NCBI GenBank assembly: GCA_022530585.1
Contig: CP092821.1
Location: 262,222 to 326,221, forward strand
Source of the DNA: Candidatus Nealsonbacteria bacterium DGGOD1a
GTDB taxonomy: Bacteria > Patescibacteriota > Minisyncoccia > Minisyncoccales > UBA5738
Reading direction: 5' to 3'
DNA: 64,000 nt
A program made the translations under genes and the position numbers. The notes beneath the pieces were generated by a model, which worked only from the letters and a program-made list of their open reading frames with translations, ran no database searches and was not told where the DNA came from. This document shows, piece after piece, positions 46,084-55,409 of this stretch (positions are counted from its first letter, which is position 1; each line of letters opens with the position of its first letter).

Positions 46084-46584
46084 TTATAGGCGGCTGACAA
46101 TTTTCAGATCCAATTTTTTTGTTTGAGTTTCCAATATCGCGAAAGTTGCCTGGTAGAACATTCCGGCCAGAGTGCCCGGATTGGCCAGTTGGCATCCGTT
46201 GACGCTTTCAATCCACGGCTTGTGGGTGTGTCCGTAAAAAATAAAATCGAATTTTTGTTTTTGGCAACGCAATAAAGCGATTTCCCGGTAATGGCAAAAG
46301 CCGATCTTCAAACCGTCAAATTCCATTTGGCCGAAATCTTCGAAAAGCGTGATTTTTTGCGGATAATTTTTTGCGGTAATTTCAACGCTTGGCCGATAAT
46401 CCATATTTCCGAAAGCCGTGAACACTTTGCCGCTAAAATTTTTTACCAGCCGTTCCAAAGTTTCGCCCGAAGCGATATCTCCGCAGTGGATCGTCGCCGC
46501 GGCCGGATATTGCTTGGCATAATCCAGAAATTTGTCCAAAGTCGCCAAATTGTCATGGGTATCCGAAATAATTGCGATTTTCAT
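46084..46584 (-). CDS. YfcE/MJ0936-family metallophosphoesterase
   Basis: MKIAIISDTHDN, HCGDI, GNMD and YGHTHKP motifs. Confidence 0.85.
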   Translation of the reverse strand: MKIAIISDTHDNLATLDKFLDYAKQYPAAATIHCGDIASGETLERLVKNFSGKVFTAFGNMDYRPSVEITAKNYPQKITLFEDFGQMEFDGLKIGFCHYREIALLRCQKQKFDFIFYGHTHKPWIESVNGCQLANPGTLAGMFYQATFAILETQTKKLDLKIVSRL

Positions 46585-46625
46585 ACTTTAATTCTATCCG
46601 ATTATCAGTTTTTTCCAAAATGCAT

Positions 46626-46686
46626 CCCGCAGGAGCAAGACACCTGCGAAATATACAAACTTTCGCAGGTGTCTTGCTCCTGCGGG
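46626..46686. repeat. REP-B inverted pair upstream of the RAYT-like gene
   Basis: CCCGCAGGAGCAAGACACCTGCGAA ... TTCGCAGGTGTCTTGCTCCTGCGGG. Each unit is itself a hairpin CGCAGG-N9-CCTGCG. Confidence 0.85.
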
Positions 46687-46715
46687 ACTGGTTGCGGTAA
46701 AATAAAAAATATATT

Positions 46716-46810
46716 GATGGCGGGTTAATACCCCGCCATCAGCCAAAGGATGTTTCCTTTGGAATCCTCATTCTTTTTGTTCCCCGCAGCAAGCTGACGG
46801 GGTATAAAAA
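46716..46810 (-). repeat. Family-A repeat, full unit
   Basis: The reverse complement reads TTTTTATACCCCGTCAGCTTGCTGCGGGGAACAAAAAGAATGAGGATTCCAAAGGAAACATCCTTTGGCTGATGGCGGGGTATTAACCCGCCATC. Confidence 0.85.
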
Positions 46811-46869
46811 GAATAAAGTATGGCACAAAGAAAAGATGAGTTTATAAACGGGAGATTTATCATATCACT

Positions 46870-47535
46870 TTGCGCGGCGTTGAAGGTCGGGAGATTTTTG
46901 TTTGCGATGATGATCGCTGGCGCGGTATTTTTTCTTTGTATGAATTCAATAACTTAATTCCGGTAACGATTAGGCGGCAGCGGGAGAAAAGAGAACAGTT
47001 TAAAGAAAAAGTTCGCAGGCGTCTTGCTCCTGCGGAGCTTACGGTTGCGACACAGCAAGACCAAAGGGATAAGTTGGTGGAGATTTTGGCGTTTGTTTTT
47101 ATGCCGAATCATATTCATTTATTATTGCGGCAGTTGAAATTCAACGGAGTCAGTTTTTTTATGCAGAAATTCGGCTCTGGATATGCGAATTTTTTCAATA
47201 AAAAATACCAAAGAAAGGGGCATTTGTTCCAGAGCAAATTCAGGGAAAGCCATATTGACGGCGATGAATATCTGAAAACCGTTTTAACTTATATCCACAC
47301 GAATCCCATTTCGATCATTGAACCCGGATGGAAGGAGGCGGGCATAAGAAATCCTTCCAAGGTGATCGAGTTTTTGGAAGAATACCGCTGGTCGAGTTAT
47401 TTGGATTATTTGGAAAAGAAAAATTTTCCCTCCGTAACCGAAAGAGACTTTATTCAGAACATTTTTGGGAGTTTTCAGAACATTAAAGAATTTGTTGATG
47501 CGCGGATATACTCGTCGCGGATCTCGCAAATATAA
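46870..47535 (+). CDS. HUH Y1 transposase, REP-associated (RAYT/IS200-like); N-terminus probably frameshifted
   Basis: HUH motif FMPNHIHLLLRQ and Tyr motif LTYIHTNP. The conserved (E)IYHITLRGVEGREIF has no in-frame ATG. The ATG at 46820 (MAQRKDEFINGRF) is in another frame, so a 1-nt slip near 46855 would join them. Confidence 0.65.
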   Translation: MRGVEGREIFVCDDDRWRGIFSLYEFNNLIPVTIRRQREKREQFKEKVRRRLAPAELTVATQQDQRDKLVEILAFVFMPNHIHLLLRQLKFNGVSFFMQKFGSGYANFFNKKYQRKGHLFQSKFRESHIDGDEYLKTVLTYIHTNPISIIEPGWKEAGIRNPSKVIEFLEEYRWSSYLDYLEKKNFPSVTERDFIQNIFGSFQNIKEFVDARIYSSRISQI

Positions 47536-47544
47536 ATGTAAAAA

Positions 47545-47603
47545 TTCGCAGGTGTCTTGCTCCTGCGGCATTAAAAAGTTCGCAGGAGCAAGACACCTGC
47601 GAA
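47545..47603. repeat. REP-B pair downstream of the RAYT-like gene
   Basis: TTCGCAGGTGTCTTGCTCCTGCGG (47545-47568) and TTCGCAGGAGCAAGACACCTGCGAA (47579-47603). A further copy lies inside the CDS at 47012-47035. Confidence 0.85.
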
Positions 47604-47693
47604 CTCGGTCTTTTAAATTGTTTTTGGCGTGGTTTGGTGATAATATATCCATACCGTGAGGATGGGTTTTTAGCTTAATCAATTTTTTGGAAC

Positions 47694-49520
47694 ATGGATT
47701 CGCCGATTGAGGAAATAAAAAGCCGGCTGGATATCGTTGATATTGTCGGGCAATATTTGAAACTGCGCAAAACGGGCGCCAATTTTTCCGCGTTGTGCCC
47801 GTTCCACTCCGAAAAGAGCGGATCGTTTTTCGTTTCGCCGGCGCGGCAGACTTGGCGGTGTTTCGGATGCCAGAAGAGCGGGGATATTTTTACTTTTATC
47901 CAAGAAATCGAGGGCGTGGAATTCGGCGATGCGTTGCGGATTCTGGCGGCCAAAGCGGGCGTTGAATTGAAGAGACAAACGCGTGAAGCGGTGGAAATGA
48001 AAACCGAACGGCAGCGGTTGTACGATGTTTGCGAACTTGCGTCAAGATTTTTTGAAAAACAATTGGAGGCCAGCGCGATCGGCAAGAAAGCAAAGGAATA
48101 TCTTCTGGGCCGGGGCTTGTCCGAGAAAAGTATTTCCATGTGGCGCATCGGTTATTCTCCGGACGCATGGCAGGGACTGCATGATTTTCTGGCTTCGGAA
48201 GGGTATACCGATGCCGAGATCATCGCGGCGGGGTTGGCCGGATCCGGGAATGGCGGCCGGGTTTATGATCGTTTTCGCGGCCGGATAATGTTTCCGATCT
48301 TTGATTTTAATTCGCAAGTGGTGGGATTTGGAGGGCGGATATTCGAAAATAAATCCAAGGATGATAGCAAGGGTTCAGCCGCCGAAGCTTTAGCCAAGGC
48401 GGTTGGAGTGAAAGAGGCCAAGTATTTGAACACGACCAACACTTTGCTTTATGATAAAAGCCGGATTCTTTACGGTCTTGACCGTGCCAAGCTCGCGATC
48501 AGAAAATCAAATGCCTGCGTTTTGGTGGAAGGCTACACCGATGTGATTATGTCGGCGCAGGCAGGCGTGGAAAATGTGGCGGCAAGTTCGGGTACCGCGC
48601 TTACGGCCATGCAATTAAAAATGATTAAGCGGTTTACTGACAATATCGTGTTGGGGTACGATATGGATATTGCCGGCGATACCGCGAATCGCCGCGGCAT
48701 TGATTTGGCATTGGCTCAAGGTTTTAATGTGAGCGTGGCGCGGCCGCCTTTCGAGGGTAAAGATCCGGCCGATGTTATCGCCCAAAGCCCCGAAGAGTGG
48801 CGCAAGGCCGTGGCGAACACCCGGACGATTATGGATTTTTATTTTGACCGGGCGTTTGCGGCCGACGACAAGAACACTCCCCAAGGCAGAAAGAAAATCG
48901 TTGGTTTTGTTTTGCCGGTGATTAAAATGATTCCCAACGCGGTGGAACAGGCATATTGGTTGCAAAAGATTGCCGATCGGTTGGAGGTGCGCGATATTCA
49001 TTACGAAGATTACTTGCGCCAAGAGCTAAAAAAGGTTAAGCTAAACGAATATATATCCGAAGGGGTTAATAATGCGGTGTCCGCGCCGGCATTGCCGAGG
49101 GAAAAGCGTTTGGAAGAACGCCTATTGGCACTTTCCATCAAATATCCCAAAATCGCGGGACTTATTGAAAAACCGGCGCTTGATTCATTTTCCGCTTCGG
49201 CCAAGGAAATTATCGAAAAGATAAAAACCGTGGAAAATTTCAACGGCGAAGGGCTTGGCAACGGCGCCAAGGACCTTTACGAAGCGATTTTTATGGAAGC
49301 GGAAAGCGAAACGATCGATGAGAAAGCCGCAGTCGGCGAAGCGGAGTTTCACTCCGGACGGATAAAAGGTATTTTATTTAAAAATTCTTTGGCAAATCTT
49401 TCGCGCGAGTTGCTTGAGGCTGAAAAAAAGGGCGACGCCCAAACCGCGGCGCGTTTGCGCGATCAATTTAATTTGTTGGCAAAGTCGTCCGCTCAAATTC
49501 CGCCAAAATCGGAAAAATGA
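47694..49520 (+). CDS. dnaG: DNA primase
   Basis: Zinc ribbon [28 protein letters not shown]-polymerase core, and TOPRIM ([18 protein letters not shown]). Confidence 0.95.
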   Translation: MDSPIEEIKSRLDIVDIVGQYLKLRKTGANFSALCPFHSEKSGSFFVSPARQTWRCFGCQKSGDIFTFIQEIEGVEFGDALRILAAKAGVELKRQTREAVEMKTERQRLYDVCELASRFFEKQLEASAIGKKAKEYLLGRGLSEKSISMWRIGYSPDAWQGLHDFLASEGYTDAEIIAAGLAGSGNGGRVYDRFRGRIMFPIFDFNSQVVGFGGRIFENKSKDDSKGSAAEALAKAVGVKEAKYLNTTNTLLYDKSRILYGLDRAKLAIRKSNACVLVEGYTDVIMSAQAGVENVAASSGTALTAMQLKMIKRFTDNIVLGYDMDIAGDTANRRGIDLALAQGFNVSVARPPFEGKDPADVIAQSPEEWRKAVANTRTIMDFYFDRAFAADDKNTPQGRKKIVGFVLPVIKMIPNAVEQAYWLQKIADRLEVRDIHYEDYLRQELKKVKLNEYISEGVNNAVSAPALPREKRLEERLLALSIKYPKIAGLIEKPALDSFSASAKEIIEKIKTVENFNGEGLGNGAKDLYEAIFMEAESETIDEKAAVGEAEFHSGRIKGILFKNSLANLSRELLEAEKKGDAQTAARLRDQFNLLAKSSAQIPPKSEK

Positions 49521-50722
49521 CACATATGGCTACTCAAAAAAAATCCGTTAAAAAATCGGCAAAAATTAAAAAACCGGCGGTTGCCAAAAAAATCAAGAAG
49601 ACCGTAAAACCCAAGGTTAAAAAACCGGCGGTTAAAAAGCGTTCTTCGGTGAAAAAGGAGGGAATGTCGGCCAAGGTTTTCGATCCGCGCAAATTGGAGA
49701 TTTTTCTGGAAAAAGGCCGGGAAAGGAATTTTGTGACATATTCGGAAATTATGTCATTTTTTCCGGATGTCGAAAAAGATATCGACGGTTTGGACGAGCT
49801 GTACCAGATGCTTGATTCGCGCGGAATCGAAGTCAAAGAGGCGCGCGAATTTTTGGAAGTCGGTCCGGCGGCGGCCAAGCGGCGTTTGGAGTCGAAAATC
49901 GATCCGGTGCAGATGTATCTGAAAGAGATCGGCCAGATTCCGGCGTTGACCGCGCATGACGAAAAAGATCTCGCCAAAAAAATCGAAGCGGGCGATATGG
50001 AAGCCAAAAAGCGATTGACGCAATCGAACTTGAAATTGGTGGTGTCGATCGCGCGCAAATATATCGGCCGGAGCGCGCATCTGACTTTGCTGGATTTGAT
50101 CCAGGAAGGCAATTTGGGATTGTTTCGCGCCGTGGAAAAATTCGATTGGCGCAAAGGCTATAAATTTTCAACCTATGCCACATGGTGGATTCGCCAGGCG
50201 ATTACCCGGGCCCTTGCCGATCAGGCGCGCACCGTGCGTATTCCGGTGCATATGATTGAAACCATTTCCAAGTATACTCAAGCGAAAAGAAAACTGCTGC
50301 AGTTTTTGGGCCGCGAGCCGTTGCCGGAGGAAATCGCTTCCGAACTCGGTTTGGAGGTTTCCAAAGTGCGTTATATCCAAAAAATTTCTCAAGATTCGGT
50401 GTCGTTGGAAACGCCGGTGGGCGAAGAAGGCGAAGACAGCATTTTGGCCGAGTTTATCGCCGACGATAAAGTGACATCGCCCTCGCTGGACGCGGCAAGG
50501 AGCTTACTGAAGAACCGCCTGCACGAAGTCTTGGTTGATTTGACGCCGCGCGAACAAAAGATATTGGCGTTGCGTTTCGGCCTGGAAGACGGCGTTACCC
50601 ACACCTTGGAAGAAGTCGGCCAGGAATTCGGCGTAACGCGCGAGCGCATCCGCCAGATCGAAGCCAAAGCCCTGGAAAAAATCCGCAACCACGCCTCTTT
50701 GAAAAAACTCCGCGACTATTGA
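49517..50722 (+). CDS. rpoD: Primary RNA polymerase sigma factor (sigma-70) with Lys-rich N-terminal tail
   Basis: YLKEIG, region 2 [13 protein letters not shown], and region 4.2 [24 protein letters not shown]. It overlaps the dnaG stop by 4 nt. Confidence 0.95.
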   Translation: MTHMATQKKSVKKSAKIKKPAVAKKIKKTVKPKVKKPAVKKRSSVKKEGMSAKVFDPRKLEIFLEKGRERNFVTYSEIMSFFPDVEKDIDGLDELYQMLDSRGIEVKEAREFLEVGPAAAKRRLESKIDPVQMYLKEIGQIPALTAHDEKDLAKKIEAGDMEAKKRLTQSNLKLVVSIARKYIGRSAHLTLLDLIQEGNLGLFRAVEKFDWRKGYKFSTYATWWIRQAITRALADQARTVRIPVHMIETISKYTQAKRKLLQFLGREPLPEEIASELGLEVSKVRYIQKISQDSVSLETPVGEEGEDSILAEFIADDKVTSPSLDAARSLLKNRLHEVLVDLTPREQKILALRFGLEDGVTHTLEEVGQEFGVTRERIRQIEAKALEKIRNHASLKKLRDY

Positions 50723-50781
50723 TTTTAATTTGAAAAACGCGAGCCAACTTTGCGCTTTTCATATATTGCTTGAATTCAATT

Positions 50782-51327
50782 ATGATCTACAAAAGTATTG
50801 TGATTTCTGGGTTGGCCGGCGCGGGGAAAACGACGCTGGCAAAAAAGCTGAGCGGCATTTACGGCTGGCCGGTATATTCCGTGGGCGATTTGTGGCGGGC
50901 TCGCTGGGAAAATAAGTATCCCGATAAAGATATCGCCTTCGAAGAATTCTGGCGCACAACTTCAACTCAGGAAAATTTGCAGACAGATACGGATTTTCGC
51001 GCGATTGTGGCCAAGGAAAATGTGGTGGCCGACGGCCGGTTCGCGATTCATCTGCGCAACTTGCCGGCGTTGCTGGTTTTTTTAACGGCCGATTTGGAAA
51101 CCCGCGCGGCGCGGGTTTTAGGAATGGAAAAATACAAAGAAAAAACGCTTGATGAGATTAAACAGATTCTTCGCCAACGCGAAGTGGATGAGATTGCTTT
51201 GGGTCGCCGGTTGTATAATTACGATTACCGCGATTCTTGCTATTATGATCTGGTGATAAATACAAAGTCGCTGTCGGTGGAAAATGAAGCCGCGATCGTG
51301 GACAGCGTGATGCCAAAAATAATTTAA
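50782..51327 (+). CDS. Cytidylate-kinase-like P-loop protein, paralog 1
   Basis: MIYKSIVISGLAGAGKTTLAKKL. ~180 aa, with the start set to the ATG at 50782. Confidence 0.6.
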   Translation: MIYKSIVISGLAGAGKTTLAKKLSGIYGWPVYSVGDLWRARWENKYPDKDIAFEEFWRTTSTQENLQTDTDFRAIVAKENVVADGRFAIHLRNLPALLVFLTADLETRAARVLGMEKYKEKTLDEIKQILRQREVDEIALGRRLYNYDYRDSCYYDLVINTKSLSVENEAAIVDSVMPKII

Positions 51328-51331
51328 ATTG

Positions 51332-51871
51332 ATGAAATATAAAAGCATTGTCTTTTCCGGATTGCCGGGCGCGGGCAAAACCACACTGGTAAAGAAGCTT
51401 AGCCAGAGTTATAATTGGCCGCTGTATTCCGTGGGCGATTTGTGGCGCGCAAAGTGGGCGCAAAAATTTCCCAATAAGGAAGTGGCGTTTGAAGAATTTT
51501 GGCGCACCAGCGCCACCCGCGACTTGGAGCAAGTGAACATTGATTTCGCGCAAGTTATTATCAAGGGTGATGTGGTGGGCGACAGCCGTTACGCGATTTA
51601 TTTGCGCAATTTGCCGGTGCTTTTGGTGTTTTTGTCGGCGGATTTGGAAACCCGTTCGTCGCGGGCGTTCGGCTTGGAAAAATACAAAAACAAATCGATT
51701 GAGGAAGTAAAACAAATTCTGCAGCAGCGCGAAGTGGATGAAATCGCTGCCGGTCGCCGTTTGTATGGTTATGATTACCGAGATTCCTGCTATTACCACA
51801 TTTCGTTTAACACCGGAATGCTAACTCAAGAAGAAGAAATCGCGATTGTGGACAGCGTGATGAAAAAATAG
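51332..51871 (+). CDS. Cytidylate-kinase-like P-loop protein, paralog 2
   Basis: MKYKSIVFSGLPGAGKTTLVKKL. Colinear with paralog 1 over its full length (YSVGDLWRA.W...FEEFWRT...LRNLP.LLVFL.ADLETR...QREVDEI..GRRLY.YDYRDSCYY). Confidence 0.6.
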   Translation: MKYKSIVFSGLPGAGKTTLVKKLSQSYNWPLYSVGDLWRAKWAQKFPNKEVAFEEFWRTSATRDLEQVNIDFAQVIIKGDVVGDSRYAIYLRNLPVLLVFLSADLETRSSRAFGLEKYKNKSIEEVKQILQQREVDEIAAGRRLYGYDYRDSCYYHISFNTGMLTQEEEIAIVDSVMKK

Positions 51872-51913
51872 CCGTTTTTGCCGCGCCCATCGCAAATACG
51901 CTCATCGCAAACC

Positions 51914-51942
51914 TTGATATTTTTCTTCTCTTGAGTTATTAT
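51914..51942 (+). promoter_or_regulatory. Candidate promoter of tRNA-Asn
   Basis: TTGATA (51914-51919), a 17-nt spacer, then TATTAT (51937-51942). It lies 21 nt before the tRNA 5' end. Confidence 0.45.
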
Positions 51943-51962
51943 TTATTCGTTGGAAAAAATAT

Positions 51963-52034
51963 TCCGGCGTGGCGCAACGGTAGCGCGGTTCGCTGTTAAC
52001 GAAAAGGTTGTAGGTTCGAATCCTACCGCCGGAG
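51963..52034 (+). tRNA. tRNA-Asn (anticodon GUU)
   Basis: Acceptor TCCGGCG/CGCCGGA, D arm GCGC-AACGGTA-GCGC, anticodon loop CTGTTAA, T arm GTAGG-TTCGAAT-CCTAC, discriminator G. CCA is not encoded. Confidence 0.9.
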
Positions 52035-52099
52035 CCCAGTAGTTGAAAAATCAGAATTTGCAGCTAAAGGCACCGTATCGCACGGTGTTTTTGGGCTGT
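52028..52099 (+). repeat. att-like direct repeat DR1 (tRNA 3' end + terminator)
   Basis: GCCGGAGCCCAGTAGTTGAAAAATCAGAATTTGCAGCTAAAGGCACCGTATCGCACGGTGTTTTTGGGCTGT. It contains the terminator CACCGT..ACGGTG+T5 (52071-52092). Confidence 0.85.
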
Positions 52100-52288
52100 C
52101 ATTTAATTTGACAACATCATATAAATATTGTACTGTTTTCGTTGCAACGAGCCGCCTGCACATTACAAAACAACGAGGCGAGCGTTTTGGATGTTCTGCG
52201 ATAAGTAAGAATTCCTAAAACGTTCGCCTTGTGAACCGATAAATCGTTTGCGTGATCGAGGCGACAAAAACGAAAGAGGTGGTATGCA

Positions 52289-53281
52289 GTGGTAAATTCC
52301 ATTGGTAACCCGACGAAAGAACTAACTGCGGGCCAGATAGCCAGACTGTTGGCTTCTTGGCATAAAGGCATGGAAAAATCAGGTCTGTCATTAAATGACC
52401 TGCAAAGAGGAATAGAAGACGTCAAGCTGCGAAAGGGTTTGATTGGCATTTGGCATCGCGAGTCTTCTGAGCCATCACCCGAGTGGAAGCGCTCAAAAAC
52501 CTTCAGGAATTGGTTCATGCTGTATCCAAGCCAAGTGACTGGAAGATTGGCGACATGGTATGAACGCATGGAGAAATTGGGCTTAACGGTTGATGACTTG
52601 CGACGAGCAAACGCCGATGTCCAGCTGAGAAGATGCCTGATATGGTATTGGCATATCGAGAGCTTAACGCTTTCTCCCAGCCAGAAACGAGCCAAGGAAA
52701 TAATGGGTAGAAATATGCTCGAGGTCAAAGAAGTGGTTGAGTGCCTTGGATTGAATCCAGACAACAATCAACTACTTGCCCTTGGTCAAGTGCCATTCTC
52801 CGAAGACATTCTCGAAAAATGCAAGAATACTCATATCTTGGTTCCAATCTTCCCGCTATCCATAAAAAATATTATGGATTTGACGAGGCAGACATTCCAT
52901 GAAAGGACTCTTTGGCATGAGCATTATATGTTCGAGGAAGAAACCGGGTTTCCTGAATGGCAGCTGATTTGCAAAACCTTGGCGCCGAAATCTCTTAATC
53001 AAACTTGGAAAAAGCAATTAGCACATCTTGGGAAAAAAGAAGAGGTGCCAAGTGCAATAGTAATGGTTTCCGCGCTAATCAGTTACTACCTAATAACCGG
53101 TGAACGATTGTTTGAAAATGCGATAGGACGAACATCGACTTTCGGTCATCGGGGCGGACCGGCGCCACAACTTAATGTTGGGCCATTTCCGCCCGAAGGT
53201 CTCAAGGTAGACGATTTCTGCGATTGGTTGCCTAACTGGAGCTTTGTCGGAAACTTCTGTGCTATGAAAAAGAATCTCTAA
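52289..53281 (+). CDS. Orphan protein with internal ~45-aa tandem repeat
   Basis: 330 aa from a GTG start after AAGAGGTGG. Repeat: ARLLASWHKGMEKSGLSLNDLQRGIEDVKLRKGLIGIWHRES / GRLATWYERMEKLGLTVDDLRRANADVQLRRCLIWYWHIES. Followed by the terminator GTTCGCC..GGCGAAC (53322-53352). Confidence 0.6.
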   Translation: MVNSIGNPTKELTAGQIARLLASWHKGMEKSGLSLNDLQRGIEDVKLRKGLIGIWHRESSEPSPEWKRSKTFRNWFMLYPSQVTGRLATWYERMEKLGLTVDDLRRANADVQLRRCLIWYWHIESLTLSPSQKRAKEIMGRNMLEVKEVVECLGLNPDNNQLLALGQVPFSEDILEKCKNTHILVPIFPLSIKNIMDLTRQTFHERTLWHEHYMFEEETGFPEWQLICKTLAPKSLNQTWKKQLAHLGKKEEVPSAIVMVSALISYYLITGERLFENAIGRTSTFGHRGGPAPQLNVGPFPPEGLKVDDFCDWLPNWSFVGNFCAMKKNL

Positions 53282-53624
53282 TTTAGTTGGTCAATTTTGC
53301 CTCACCAACTTGTGTTCGCCAAATCATAATCGGCGAACCATTTTTATTATAATGCGCAACCTAAACTTGATTTTCCCAAACGATGATGAATAATTTTGAA
53401 TCGAGCTGTCGACTGATGTTATCAAAGACTTCTTTTTATATACAGACTGCATTGTTTATTCAAGTCAGTTCGACTTTTAGCTGCGAAACTAGAACTTGTC
53501 CTGGGTTGCAAGGCGGGGGCTACCGCGAGCCCCCGGAGCTGGCTAATGAACCCAGTAGCTTGGCGTCTTCCATACTGGATTTGATAAACGGATAAATCCG
53601 GTAGAGTTCGGAAAATATGTCAGT

Positions 53625-53696
53625 GCCGGAGCCCAGCAGTTGAAAAATCAGGATTTGAGGCTAAAGGCACCGTATCGCACGGTGTTTTTGGGCTGT
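53625..53696 (+). repeat. att-like direct repeat DR2
   Basis: GCCGGAGCCCAGCAGTTGAAAAATCAGGATTTGAGGCTAAAGGCACCGTATCGCACGGTGTTTTTGGGCTGT. 4 mismatches to DR1 by eye. Preceded by a decayed T-arm-like stretch GTAGAGTTCGG. Confidence 0.85.
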
Positions 53697-53758
53697 TTTT
53701 GGGCTATTAGATCTTTTACCAAAATGTTATATTTAAACTATATTTAAATATAATCTGC

Positions 53759-53941
53759 ATGAACCGAAAAACTTCGGAGAAAAATATTCGCAATCTTACG
53801 CGTCTCGGCAAAACTTCTCTTTCGATTACCATTCCCAGAAACTTGATTCTGGAACTCGGCTGGCGCAAAGGCCAAAAGGTGGTCGTCAAAAAGCGCGGCA
53901 AAGGTTTGACAATAGAAGATTGGCAAGAAAAACTGCCCTAA
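53759..53941 (+). CDS. AbrB/MazE/SpoVT-family DNA-binding protein
   Basis: 60 aa. LGKTSLSITIPRNLILELGWRKGQKVVVKKRG swapped-hairpin motif. Confidence 0.7.
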   Translation: MNRKTSEKNIRNLTRLGKTSLSITIPRNLILELGWRKGQKVVVKKRGKGLTIEDWQEKLP

Positions 53942-54015
53942 AAGTCTAACCCTTTTAATTCCGACGGGTTTAATAAATCCGAGTAAATCAGATTTTTTTA
54001 ATGTAGTCGTGGAGT

Positions 54016-54630
54016 ATGGCTAAATCGGAAAAAATCAAAATTATTGGTATATCGGGTAGTCCAAGGAACAAAAATACCAATTACATGTTGAAAACAGTCC
54101 TTGACGCTACGGGTTGTCTTTATGAGTTAATTTTGTTGAAAGACAAAAACATAAAGCCGTGTTTAGCTTGCGGTGGATGTTTCCATTCGCATAAATGCGT
54201 CGTAAACGATGATATGCAAGATTTATATGGCAAAATGTTAGATTCAGATATTATTATTTTTGGTTGTCCGACATATTTTGCCAATGTTACCGCTTTAATG
54301 AAAAATTTTATGGACAGATGTTTGCCGCTTTATCTTTCGGAAGGATTAAAAGATAAAAAGGCTGCTTTGCTTGCCGTAGGCAACTTTAAGAAAGGAGAGG
54401 TGCGATTTTTGGATAATTTTGACGCGGAAAAAGCAATGCAAACATTGGCGGGTAGAAAGATATTGGAAGAACCCGTTAAAAAATGTCTTGATATTATGAA
54501 TTTTTTTTGTACCCAACATATGGGGATGAAAATAGTTGGCAGTGTTCTTGCAATTAACGGAAATTCGCAATCAAAAGAAAATGAATTGATAAATTTGGGA
54601 AAAAAACTAATTTCAAGGGAAAATAAATAA
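54016..54630 (+). CDS. Flavodoxin-like fold protein (NADPH-dependent FMN reductase / iron-sulfur flavoprotein type)
   Basis: IIGISGSPRNKNTNYML, Cys cluster CLACGGCFHSHKC, and IIIFGCPTYFANVTALMKNFMDR. Confidence 0.75.
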   Translation: MAKSEKIKIIGISGSPRNKNTNYMLKTVLDATGCLYELILLKDKNIKPCLACGGCFHSHKCVVNDDMQDLYGKMLDSDIIIFGCPTYFANVTALMKNFMDRCLPLYLSEGLKDKKAALLAVGNFKKGEVRFLDNFDAEKAMQTLAGRKILEEPVKKCLDIMNFFCTQHMGMKIVGSVLAINGNSQSKENELINLGKKLISRENK

Positions 54631-54635
54631 AATTT

Positions 54636-55409
54636 ATGGAATCTGATATACAAGGTGCAGATAAATTATTCAATAAAGTGTTGGAGGAAGCAAAGAACGA
54701 CCCAAATATTCTCGCCTTTTGGCTTGATGGCTCGCGAGGCAAGGGTATTATTAAACACGCTGAATCAGATTATGATTGTATGATGATAGTTGCAGATGAA
54801 GTATTAAATGAATATAAGTCGCGTTACGAAAAAATCGGCAATCCGGTATTTGAGCTTGGGGTTATGACGCTTAATGAATTCAAGAAATTTGCGGCTTGGG
54901 ACAGCGATATGGTTTGGTATCGCTATAATTATGTTGGGATTAAACCGCCGTTGGTTGATAAAACCGGTCAAATTAAAAAGCTTTTTGATGAAAAAGCGAG
55001 CATACCGGAAAATGTAAAAAGAAAGTTTATTAGCGATGCACTCGATTATTATGTAAATGAGGTCTATCGTTCATTGAAATGTTTTCGTGATGGTCAAATT
55101 GTGGGAGCGCGATTAGAAGCATCAGAATCAATGTTGCCGCTACTTAATACGGTTTTCGCGATTCACGGGAGGTTGCGGCCTTATTATAAGTATTATGAGT
55201 GGGAGTTAAGGAACTATCCTTTAAGCAAATTGAGTATTTCGGGAGATGAATTTACAAAACAAATATTGATTATTTTGGGGAACGCCGATATCAAAGTTCA
55301 ACAGAAACTTTTAATGGAGATAGAGAACATCACGCGCAAAGAAGGTTATGGCGATGTTTGGGATAGTTGGGGTGATAAAATAGATTGGATGAGGCATTTC
55401 CAAATGTAA
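54636..55409 (+). CDS. Nucleotidyltransferase-fold protein, ANT(6)/AadK-like (tentative)
   Basis: LDGSRGKG...ESDYDCMMIV (G-S ... D-x-D) plus a helical C-terminal domain. Confidence 0.45.
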   Translation: MESDIQGADKLFNKVLEEAKNDPNILAFWLDGSRGKGIIKHAESDYDCMMIVADEVLNEYKSRYEKIGNPVFELGVMTLNEFKKFAAWDSDMVWYRYNYVGIKPPLVDKTGQIKKLFDEKASIPENVKRKFISDALDYYVNEVYRSLKCFRDGQIVGARLEASESMLPLLNTVFAIHGRLRPYYKYYEWELRNYPLSKLSISGDEFTKQILIILGNADIKVQQKLLMEIENITRKEGYGDVWDSWGDKIDWMRHFQM

